Source: an uncultured Collinsella sp. (GTDB lineage Bacteria > Actinomycetota > Coriobacteriia > Coriobacteriales > Coriobacteriaceae). From it: a DNA stretch of 64,000 bases. The stretch is taken from positions 1,773 to 65,772 of the forward strand of contig UQIC01000007.1 of the NCBI GenBank assembly GCA_900540985.1. Direction: 5' to 3'. Below the pieces are notes generated by a model that was not told where the DNA came from, did not search any database, and was given only the letters and a program-made list of their open reading frames with translations. The translations under genes were made by a program, and so were the position numbers. Positions 52,365 to 60,856 of this stretch are shown in pieces (position 1 is the stretch's first letter; every line of letters starts with the position of its first letter).

Positions 52365-55252
52365 TCGAGGACGCGGTTTCGTCAGGAACGCCGCAGTTTG
52401 TCATCGACTCCTATGCCACGCTTGCCGAACGCGCCAAAACGCAGCCCTTCGGCCTTATCGAGGAAGATGTGATTGTCCTCGATACCGAGACCACGGGTCT
52501 TTCGGTGCAGGACAACGAGCTGATCGAGATCTCGGCGGCCCGTCTTTCGGGCCGCGAGGTTATCGACCGCTTCGATACCTTCGTGCATCCCAGGCAGCTG
52601 ATTCCCGCCGAGATTACCGAGCTCACGAGCATTACAAATGCCGATGTGGCAGATGCCCCGTCGGCCGTTGAGGCCGTCGCCGCTCTCGCCGATTTTGTCG
52701 GTGGTTGTCCGGTGATCGCACATAACGCCACGTTCGACCGCTCGTTTATCGAGTCGGTCAAAGGCGGCGTCAACGTGAGCGATATTTGGATCGATTCGCT
52801 GGCGCTGTCGCGAATCGCGCTTCCGCGCCTGGCCTCGCACAAGCTGTCTTTTATGGCCGATCTGTTTGGCTGTGACTCGGTATCACACCGTGCCAATGCC
52901 GACGTCGACGCCCTGTGTGGCGTATGGCGCGTGTTGCTCGTGGCGCTCACCGACTTGCCCCAGGGCCTCATGGCGCGCCTAGCCGACATGCATCCGGATG
53001 TGCCTTGGTCCTATCGTCCTATCTTCTCATTCTTGGCAGGGCAGAACCCTGGTTCTATCTTCTCTCTCAGCGCCGCTCGTGCTGACGTTCTCAAGGCCGA
53101 TCGCGCCGACGATCGGGTGGACGCCGACGAACTACCGGTCCTCAAGATGCCGAGTCGTGAGGAGATTGAGGCAGACTATGCGCCGGGTGGCCTGGTCAAT
53201 CGCATGTATCCCACTTACGAGCCGCGTGATGAGCAGATCGCGATGGCGCTCGAGGTCCGCGATGCGCTGGTCACGGGCACTCATCGTGTAATTGAGGCGG
53301 GCACAGGCGTCGGCAAATCGATGGCCTATCTGGTGCCTTTTGCCGAGGCAGCACGCCGTAACAACATCACGGTTGGTATTGCGACCAAATCGAACAATCT
53401 AGCCGACCAGCTCATGTACTATGAGCTTCCAAAACTTGCCGAGCAACTGGAAGGTGGTCTGTCATTTTGCGCTCTCAAGGGGTATGACCACTATCCGTGC
53501 CTGCGCAAGCTTGAGCGCATGAGCCGCGGCCAGGTCGAGATTACCACCAAGCGCGATCCGGCGGACACGCTCACGGCGGTCGCGGTCATTATGGCGTACG
53601 TCTGCCAATCAGCCGATGGCGACCTCGACTCACTTGGCATTCGGTGGCGCAGCGTCAACCGCCCCGACTTTACGACGGCCTCGCGCGAGTGTGCTCGTCG
53701 CCTCTGCCCGTTTTTCCCTGATAAATGCTTGGTCCACGGCGCTCGTCGTCGTGCGGCGCATGCCGATGTGGTGGTCACCAACCATTCCCTGCTGTTCCGT
53801 AACGTCGCGGCCGAGGGCAGGATTTTGCCTCCGATTCGTCATTGGGTAATCGACGAGGCCCATTCCATCGAGCGCGAGGCGCGCCGTCAGTGGGCGCGCG
53901 TGGTGTCGGCGGACGAATCACGCGTTCTGTTTGAGCGCCTGGGTGGCTCGAGCACCGGTGCGCTAAGCCAGGTCTCCCGTGATTTGGCAACCTCTGAGGG
54001 CTCTACACTCTATCTGGGCCTTACTGCCAAGGCGACGTCGACGGTTGCGCGCGCGAGCATGGCAATCGCCGACGTGTTCGATGGCGTTCGCGAGCTCGGC
54101 CGCCGTGCCCGTGGGGGTTATGACAATGCCAATCTATGGATTGGCCCCGAGTTGCGCGAATCTGACGACTGGCATGATTTCTTACAGTCGGCCTACACTG
54201 CCATCGACGCATTGGAACAAGCTGACAAGAGCGTCGATGCGCTGGTGCAAGCCGTCGCCGCCGACAAGCTCGAGGTTGTTGTCGACCTGGGTGATATCTC
54301 GCGCCGCCTGCACGAGCTGGCCGAGAACCTCAAACTCATCATTGATGGCACCGATGAACACTACGTGTATTCGCTGCAGGTCAATCGCAGGTTGCGTGCC
54401 GGCGGAGAGTCAATGACCGCAGAGCGCATCGACATTGGCGAGGCCTTGGCAACCGAGTGGCTGCCCGAGGTTCACACGGCTATCTTTGCCTCGGCGACCA
54501 TGACGGTGTCCAAAAGCTTTGAACACTTTAACCACGCGGTCGGCCTCGATCGCATCGGTGCTTCAACATCCTCATCGTTGCACTTGGACTCGAGCTACGA
54601 CTTCGATTCGAACATGGCTGTAGTCGTTGCGGGCGATATCCCCGATCCGCGCGATCGTGAGAGCTATCTTACGGCGCTCGAGCGCGTGCTGGTCGACGCC
54701 CATCTTGCCATGGGCGGATCGGTGCTCACGCTGTTCACCAATCGGCGCGACATGGAAGACCTGTACGCCCGCGTTGAGCCCAAGATGGCCCGTGCGGGTC
54801 TGGAGCTCAACTGCCAGCAGCGCAACTCATCTCCTCGTCGCCTGCGCGACCGGTTTATCAACGAGCCGACCTCGTCGCTTTTTGCTCTTAAGGCCTTCTG
54901 GGAGGGATTCGACGCCAGCGGCGAGACGCTGCGCTGCGTCATCATTCCCAAGCTGCCGTTCTCGAGTCCCACGGACCCGCTCTCGTGCGAGCGCAACCTG
55001 CGCGAAGACCGCGCTTGGGCGCGCTATTCGCTGCCCGAGGCGGTGCTCGAGGTCAAGCAGGCGGCCGGCCGCCTTATCCGCTCGTCGACCGATTGCGGCG
55101 TGCTGATTCTGGCCGACCCGCGCCTGGTGACGAAGGGCTACGGAAAGAAGTTCTTAACGTCGCTGCCCACGAGCTCCTACCAGCGCATCGAATCGGCGCA
55201 GATCGGGCACTATCTGCAACTGTGGCGTGCACGCCACGAGCGGCGGCGCTAA
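52358..55252 (+). CDS. dinG: DinG-family ATP-dependent helicase with N-terminal DnaQ-like 3'-5' exonuclease domain
   Basis: Exo motifs DTETTG and HNATFD. Helicase motifs EAGTGVGKS (Walker A) and DEAH (VIDEAHS) with a helicase C domain. Confidence 0.85.
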   Translation: MLIEDAVSSGTPQFVIDSYATLAERAKTQPFGLIEEDVIVLDTETTGLSVQDNELIEISAARLSGREVIDRFDTFVHPRQLIPAEITELTSITNADVADAPSAVEAVAALADFVGGCPVIAHNATFDRSFIESVKGGVNVSDIWIDSLALSRIALPRLASHKLSFMADLFGCDSVSHRANADVDALCGVWRVLLVALTDLPQGLMARLADMHPDVPWSYRPIFSFLAGQNPGSIFSLSAARADVLKADRADDRVDADELPVLKMPSREEIEADYAPGGLVNRMYPTYEPRDEQIAMALEVRDALVTGTHRVIEAGTGVGKSMAYLVPFAEAARRNNITVGIATKSNNLADQLMYYELPKLAEQLEGGLSFCALKGYDHYPCLRKLERMSRGQVEITTKRDPADTLTAVAVIMAYVCQSADGDLDSLGIRWRSVNRPDFTTASRECARRLCPFFPDKCLVHGARRRAAHADVVVTNHSLLFRNVAAEGRILPPIRHWVIDEAHSIEREARRQWARVVSADESRVLFERLGGSSTGALSQVSRDLATSEGSTLYLGLTAKATSTVARASMAIADVFDGVRELGRRARGGYDNANLWIGPELRESDDWHDFLQSAYTAIDALEQADKSVDALVQAVAADKLEVVVDLGDISRRLHELAENLKLIIDGTDEHYVYSLQVNRRLRAGGESMTAERIDIGEALATEWLPEVHTAIFASATMTVSKSFEHFNHAVGLDRIGASTSSSLHLDSSYDFDSNMAVVVAGDIPDPRDRESYLTALERVLVDAHLAMGGSVLTLFTNRRDMEDLYARVEPKMARAGLELNCQQRNSSPRRLRDRFINEPTSSLFALKAFWEGFDASGETLRCVIIPKLPFSSPTDPLSCERNLREDRAWARYSLPEAVLEVKQAAGRLIRSSTDCGVLILADPRLVTKGYGKKFLTSLPTSSYQRIESAQIGHYLQLWRARHERRR

Positions 55253-56166
55253 AGCGGACAGACGAGGGTTTTTGCCATATCGCACAGACGCTTTGACAGG
55301 GCGGGGTCATCCAAGATGCGGATGGCTCCGCCCGCTGCGATTATCTGGCTCAGTAGCCAACGCTCGGAGCCGTAATGCACGGTTACCGTTGCCATGTCTG
55401 CCCCGCTGCGCTCGATTAGGGTGATGCCGGCCCAGTCCAGATACTCCGCCATATCGAATGGCATCAAGAGCTTTGCGCTACGCTGCGTCCGAGCAAGGGA
55501 ATCGTGGAGGGATGTGACGTCCGGTGCATGAGGCACGACGGAGTCTTCCGTCAAGGCGAGTCCCTCGATTTTATCCATGCGATAGGTGCGCTGCTCATCG
55601 ACCGCGATGTCCCAGGCAATCAGGTATGTTTGGTCGCCGTTTGCCGTAATGCGCAAGGGGTCGACCAGACGCTCACGTGGCCGTGCATCGTCCATCGAGC
55701 GATACGAGATGCGGCAGCGAACGCCGTCCTGAATGGCGCAGCTCAGCTGCTGCCAGTGCGACCCGTGGTTGACGGTGTCAAAGACGCGCTGGTTATAGCC
55801 GAGCTCTTCGGGTAGAAGGGCATGTCGAATCCGAGCTGCCGTCTGCGGCTCGATCCCCAACGATTCAAGTTCATGGTTGAGCACAGCGCCCTCGGCGGCA
55901 CTCAGGCGCAGCGGTAGCACACGCCCGGCGTCACCGGTGAGGACCACACGCTCGCCGCGGCATTCGCAGATGATGCGCGCGCCCGATTCTCGGTCCGCGA
56001 GCGTCGAGACGATCTCGAGAATCTCGTCGAGCGACACCCCCGTGATGCCAAAGCGACTGCAAATCTCGGTTCGTGTCATGCCGCTCTCGCCGGCGGCGTA
56101 GAGGGCCTCCATGATGTCGATGGCGCGCGAGAGTCTCTGCTCGCTGGTGAGTTTACGCACGGGCAT
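55249..56166 (-). CDS. HTH-WYL-WCX transcriptional regulator (PafC-like)
   Basis: N-terminal wHTH with a WYL core ...TYLIAWDIAVDEQRTYRMDKI.... Overlaps the upstream paralog by 14 nt. Confidence 0.7.
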   Translation of the reverse strand: MPVRKLTSEQRLSRAIDIMEALYAAGESGMTRTEICSRFGITGVSLDEILEIVSTLADRESGARIICECRGERVVLTGDAGRVLPLRLSAAEGAVLNHELESLGIEPQTAARIRHALLPEELGYNQRVFDTVNHGSHWQQLSCAIQDGVRCRISYRSMDDARPRERLVDPLRITANGDQTYLIAWDIAVDEQRTYRMDKIEGLALTEDSVVPHAPDVTSLHDSLARTQRSAKLLMPFDMAEYLDWAGITLIERSGADMATVTVHYGSERWLLSQIIAAGGAIRILDDPALSKRLCDMAKTLVCPL

Positions 56167-57175
56167 ACTCGTGCACCGTCCTTTCGATGAGGTGGTTCCA
56201 CGCCTGCTTGAGCGATTTGGGGGCCATGGGCCTCATGCCGTCCATGGCGTGGGCCATGCAAAATGAGGCAGCGGCTTCAAGGTCGCGCACGTCAACGGTC
56301 CAGGTCCATCCTGCATCGGTGTGTGCGAGCTCACCTCGCCCACGCGTGAGGCCGTTGATCATATCGATCTGCGTCTGAGGGGCGAACGAGAACGTAGCTG
56401 CAACGGGCGGTCGGTCGGCAAAATCGAATTCAAAGAACAGATAGTCGTTGAGATTGAAGTCCGCGGGGATGACGTAGGCCTTCGAAGGACGCCAAGCGCG
56501 AACGATACGGTCGCAGCGGAATGTCCTGATGTCGCCGGTGACGTTGTCGAGGCCGCAGAAGTACGCCACGCCCTCGCGCTCGAACATGCCGTAGACGCAG
56601 ACGGTACGTTCTTTCTGCTCACCGCGTCCGTTCTGATATAAAAATCGCAGCGCGCATCGCTCGGCAAAGGCGCTCCATACCGCATCGACGGTGGGAGAGC
56701 GGCGGATCGGTGCTTCGTCCACCGTCGTCCTACCGGTGAGGTAGGCAATCTTGGAGCGAATATCGGCAAGCGGTGCGGCAAAAGTGGATGAGCCGGCCGC
56801 TAGTGTCTGGTCGATGGCGTTGAGCAGGATATCGGCGTCGTCTGCGGTGATGAGGCCGCCTGCTGCAAAGGTGTGCTCGCGGTCGATTGTCCACGAGCTT
56901 TCCTCGGTCTCCTGTGCACCGGCGGGGCGAACCTCCTTGATTAAGATGCCACGCTCGAGCAGTTTGTCACGATCGCGCCGAAACTTGCGCTTATCCGAGT
57001 CGATGTTGCCCGAGTCATATCCCAGGTCAGAATCCAAGACGATCTGCTCGGTCGTTAGCGGTTCGGGGGAGCTATTGAGCACAAAGAAAAGATTGAGGAT
57101 GCGCTGAGCCGTTTTATCGAAACTGGGCTCCGAATTCCCCTTTTTAATTGTCTCGGTCGTGTCGCTTGCCGTCAT
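56153..57175 (-). CDS. HTH-WYL-WCX transcriptional regulator (PafB-like)
   Basis: wHTH ...LTTEQIVLDSDLGY.... WYL-like core ...VAYFCGLDNVTGDIRTFRCDRI.... Tandem with the paralog. Confidence 0.7.
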   Translation of the reverse strand: MTASDTTETIKKGNSEPSFDKTAQRILNLFFVLNSSPEPLTTEQIVLDSDLGYDSGNIDSDKRKFRRDRDKLLERGILIKEVRPAGAQETEESSWTIDREHTFAAGGLITADDADILLNAIDQTLAAGSSTFAAPLADIRSKIAYLTGRTTVDEAPIRRSPTVDAVWSAFAERCALRFLYQNGRGEQKERTVCVYGMFEREGVAYFCGLDNVTGDIRTFRCDRIVRAWRPSKAYVIPADFNLNDYLFFEFDFADRPPVAATFSFAPQTQIDMINGLTRGRGELAHTDAGWTWTVDVRDLEAAASFCMAHAMDGMRPMAPKSLKQAWNHLIERTVHEYARA

Positions 57176-57373
57176 AGAGTCCTCGCATGAGAAGGTGGTT
57201 TGCTGCCATGATTTTAGTCCGATATGGAGATTAGGCTATATCCTTGTCCGCTCAGGGCGTTAAGATGGCCCGAATTCGGTCGTTTGCGCTCGCTCGGGGT
57301 ATACTTTCGACTATATACGGTTCTAATGTGCATGCATTGGGCCTATTTGTCGGATTATGGATGTGGAGCGCAC

Positions 57374-60300
57374 ATGGCGAACACCCAGAACTATATTAAC
57401 CACCTGCTGCAGAACACCGGCATTACGCCGGCATGCAGCGAAGAAGAGCGCTTGGCTGCCGAGGATATCGCTCGGATCTTCCGCAACCACGGCTTTGATC
57501 CCGAAGTTCAGGAGTTCAATGCCCCGGCGCCCAGTAGGTTGGCATTTGCCGTTACCGGTATTCTTGCGTTTGCCGGTGCCCTGCTGATGGGCATCGGCGG
57601 CGGTATCGGCTTGGTCGGCACCTTGCTGGCCATTGTCGGCGCCGTTCTTTACGTGCTCGAGCGCACGGGGCATCCCGTGGTTTCGCGCCTGGGCAAGACG
57701 GGCGTGAGCCAAAATGTCATCGCCTACCACAAGGCCTCGGGCCCGCTCGCGTCCCCGCGTAACCGCCCGGTGGTCGTTGTCGCACACTACGACTCTCCCC
57801 GTGCTGAGCTGCTCGCCCGCGAGCCCTATGCTTCGTATCGTGCGCTCATCGCCAAGCTGTTGCCCGTTGCCACGGTTGCCCCTGCTGCTGTTGCCATCCT
57901 GCGCATCCTGCCGCTCCCCGGCGCGCTCAAGGTTCTGCTGTGGATTGTCGCGATCCTCGCTTCCCTCGTTGCGCTCGCCAACGCGGCAAACATCATCTCT
58001 AACCGCCACATTCTTCCCTATACGTCCGGCGCGGTGTGCAACAAGTCTTCTGTCGCCGCTATGCTCGGCGTTATGGACAACGTTGCTCCCTTCCAGGGCG
58101 AAAACGAGTTTCCCGACGATGTTCCGTTCGATACCTATTTTGGGGAGCAAAAGCGTCGTGCCGAGGAAATGGCGCGTGCAGCGGCGGAATATGCCGCGGC
58201 CCAGCAGCAAAACGACTACGGCAACACCATCGAGTACGAAGAGCCTACCTACGCCGAGGACGAGTTCGGTCAGCCGATTGCTCCCGACACTCAGACCGAG
58301 CCCGAACAGGGTGAGGCTTTCGACGAGCAGATCGAGGGCTTTGAGGGTGCGTCTGCCGACGAGACGCTGATCGGCGCCATCGTGCCCGAGGATCAGAATC
58401 AGGCTGTCCAGGCTGAAGAGTTCAATGACGAGGTTTCCGCTGCCGAGCCGGTGGAGGAGCCTGTCGCGGCCGAGCCCGAGCCCAAGCTCTATCGCAATGC
58501 CGCCGGCAACATCCGCTTTGGTTCGGATGCCATCCGTGCGCTCGGAATGCTTCCCGAGTCCTGCACGCTCGATTACGAGGAGGGCGAGGAGCCGACGTTT
58601 GAGCTCGAGCCTGCCCCCGTTGTCACCGTGGATGATGAGTCTGCCGCGGTTACCGCTGCCGTTGCCGAGTCCGAGGCGGTGTCCGCGATCGATCCTGCGG
58701 CAGGACTGGACATTTTGGCTCCCGCCGCGCCGGCGCAAGACGTTGCGGACGAGTCTGACGACGATTACGTTGAACAGCCGAGGCGCGTGTCTTACGAGAG
58801 CGATACTGATTTCTCGGCCGAGATTCCCGCGGCAACGCCCCATGCCGATATTGCATCCGCGTTCTCGTCGATTGGCGCCAGCGCTTCCAATTTCTTTAAG
58901 GGTGCGCTTGCAAAGGGCAAGAAATTTGTCGACGATTTCGAGGAGAAGCGCGCTGCCGCACGCGAGGCTGCCGAGCAGGAGGCTATCGCTCAGCAGCAGG
59001 CAGCCGAGGCGGCACGTGAGCTCGCGGCGCAAGAGTTCGAGCAGAACGAGGCTATGCAGTCCGTGCCCGTCGACGCCGCCGAAGCTACAACGTCTTTCGA
59101 GGCCCAGCAACCGACGTCCGCGGATGTTGTTGAGGCGACGACGTCTTTCGAGGCTCAGCAGCACGTCGATAGCACCATGTCGTTTGATGCCGCGAAGTTC
59201 GATTCCACGATAACGTTTGAAAAGCAAGGCACCGCGATTGCCGAGCCCCTTCCTGTTTCCGATGAGCAGGGCGACGCGGTGGACGATGACGAGCCTATTG
59301 ATGCTGCCGAAATCCAAGATGCCACCGAGGACGAGCCCGTCGAGGCCAACTCTGACGAAGAGCAATACGCGGCAGCCGAGCAAGATGATTCGACCGAGGC
59401 CGAGCAGGAGGAAGTGCCTGCGGTTTCCGAGACTCCCGAGACAGATGAGTCGAGGCCTTATTCCACGCAGATTTTCACCATGCCGACCCCGAGTGGTTCC
59501 GGTGCCACGGTTGCCAATGTCGCTCCCACCCAGGACGAAACGGTCGATTCCCTAATGGCCCAGATTTCCTCCCAGGCATCGCCGCGCCCGCAGATGAATG
59601 TTCCCGATCCGGTGTCGGCACCGTCGCCTGCACCTTCCTCGTCTCCGCTGGCTTCGGTCCCCGATCCGTCGCTGCCGTCTATGAAGCAGGCAAACGTTGC
59701 GTCTCGCACGTCGCTGTTCGACCTTCCCGACCCCTCCGCACAGGTCAATGATCCCTTTGCTACTGCCCAGGGCCCCGAACCCACATCGGCACCCGTTGCG
59801 CCTCCTATGCCCGTTGCGTCGGGCGCACAGCCGATCGAGACCATTTCGGCTCCCGCCCCGGCGGCACCCAAGTCTCGTAAGCGCGGCCTGGGTGGTCTGT
59901 TCGGCCGTAAAAAGAAAAACGAGCAGGACAGCATGAGTGACTGGCTGGGCGTCGAAGACGATTACGATGCCAAGAAGTCCGGTCGCGGTATCGGTTCGTG
60001 GGATAACTTCGAGGACGATAACGATGGCTGGAAGGGTGGCGCTACGTCTTCCGATGGCGCTTCTTCCGAAGATATGCTCTCGGCTGTCGCCTCTATGGGC
60101 GATGATGAGCTGCTCGGTCACGATATCTGGTTTGTGGCAACGGGCGCCTCGGATTGTGATGGCGCTGGCATGAAGGCCTTCTTGGCTTCGCATCGCGATA
60201 AGCTCCGCGGCGTATTCTTTATCAATCTTGAATCCGTCGGCGCCGGTAGGCTTTCGGTGGTGACGGTCGAGGGCGAACAACAACTGCTCAAGGGCGATCG

Positions 60301-60550
60301 CCGCATCATGAACCTGGTCAGCAAGGTCTGCAAGTCGTTCCATGTCGATTGTGGCGCGCTCGAGATGCCCTATGCCAAGACCGATGCCTATGCTGCGCTC
60401 GAGGCGAGCCGCCGAGCCCTTACCATCGCCGGCGTGGACGGCACGCGTCTGGCTTGCGCTCGTACCGAGGACGACCTGCCCCACAATGTCAACCCGACGA
60501 ACATTGCTACGGTATCCGAGGTCGTGACCGAGGTTATCCGCCGTTCGTAG
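57374..60550 (+). CDS. Membrane protein with split, degenerate M28 peptidase-like domain and a ~600-aa acidic low-complexity insertion
   Basis: M28-like N-terminal half ...SQNVIAYHKASG...RPVVVVAHYDSP flanked by four TM helices. Then GAVCNKSS in place of GAxDNxSG. A long E/A/D/P/Q-rich region with short repeats (EATTSFEAQQ). C-terminal half WFVATGASDCDGAG in place of WF..GAEE.GL.GS, then FINLESVGAG and PHN. Confidence 0.6.
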   Translation: MANTQNYINHLLQNTGITPACSEEERLAAEDIARIFRNHGFDPEVQEFNAPAPSRLAFAVTGILAFAGALLMGIGGGIGLVGTLLAIVGAVLYVLERTGHPVVSRLGKTGVSQNVIAYHKASGPLASPRNRPVVVVAHYDSPRAELLAREPYASYRALIAKLLPVATVAPAAVAILRILPLPGALKVLLWIVAILASLVALANAANIISNRHILPYTSGAVCNKSSVAAMLGVMDNVAPFQGENEFPDDVPFDTYFGEQKRRAEEMARAAAEYAAAQQQNDYGNTIEYEEPTYAEDEFGQPIAPDTQTEPEQGEAFDEQIEGFEGASADETLIGAIVPEDQNQAVQAEEFNDEVSAAEPVEEPVAAEPEPKLYRNAAGNIRFGSDAIRALGMLPESCTLDYEEGEEPTFELEPAPVVTVDDESAAVTAAVAESEAVSAIDPAAGLDILAPAAPAQDVADESDDDYVEQPRRVSYESDTDFSAEIPAATPHADIASAFSSIGASASNFFKGALAKGKKFVDDFEEKRAAAREAAEQEAIAQQQAAEAARELAAQEFEQNEAMQSVPVDAAEATTSFEAQQPTSADVVEATTSFEAQQHVDSTMSFDAAKFDSTITFEKQGTAIAEPLPVSDEQGDAVDDDEPIDAAEIQDATEDEPVEANSDEEQYAAAEQDDSTEAEQEEVPAVSETPETDESRPYSTQIFTMPTPSGSGATVANVAPTQDETVDSLMAQISSQASPRPQMNVPDPVSAPSPAPSSSPLASVPDPSLPSMKQANVASRTSLFDLPDPSAQVNDPFATAQGPEPTSAPVAPPMPVASGAQPIETISAPAPAAPKSRKRGLGGLFGRKKKNEQDSMSDWLGVEDDYDAKKSGRGIGSWDNFEDDNDGWKGGATSSDGASSEDMLSAVASMGDDELLGHDIWFVATGASDCDGAGMKAFLASHRDKLRGVFFINLESVGAGRLSVVTVEGEQQLLKGDRRIMNLVSKVCKSFHVDCGALEMPYAKTDAYAALEASRRALTIAGVDGTRLACARTEDDLPHNVNPTNIATVSEVVTEVIRRS

Positions 60551-60571
60551 ACGGAGCTCTAAGGAGTCAAC

Positions 60572-60790
60572 GTGTTTTCGTATATTAAGCGCCATTGGCC
60601 TGTCTACGTGATTTTGACCTTGATTGCCATTGCGTTAGGATTTGGGGCTGCCTACATCGTGGGTGCAAAGGGCTCGACCCCCGCCTCCGCAATCAGCGAA
60701 GAGGTGGAGCAAGAACAGAGTACGGGTGCCGATGGGATTCCTGAGTCCGAGCAGGCAATCGTTGATGGTGGATCTTCGTCTGCAGAGTAG
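60572..60790 (+). CDS. Small membrane protein (72 aa)
   Basis: GTG start 6 nt after AAGGAG. One TM helix followed by an acidic tail. Confidence 0.4.
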   Translation: MFSYIKRHWPVYVILTLIAIALGFGAAYIVGAKGSTPASAISEEVEQEQSTGADGIPESEQAIVDGGSSSAE

Positions 60791-60813
60791 ATGCGGCGAT
60801 TTAAATGATTGAA

Positions 60814-60849
60814 AGCGGGCGAGCCAGGAGACTGGCTCGCCCGCTTTTT
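60814..60849. terminator. Bidirectional Rho-independent terminator
   Basis: AGCGGGCGAGCC...GGCTCGCCCGCT followed by TTTTT. Lies between convergent genes. Confidence 0.65.
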
Positions 60850-60856
60850 CATCGCG

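Noticed and set aside
57323-59383. 686-aa minus-strand ORF
   Set aside because: Antisense to the M28-like gene. It is Arg/Leu/Gly-rich low complexity.
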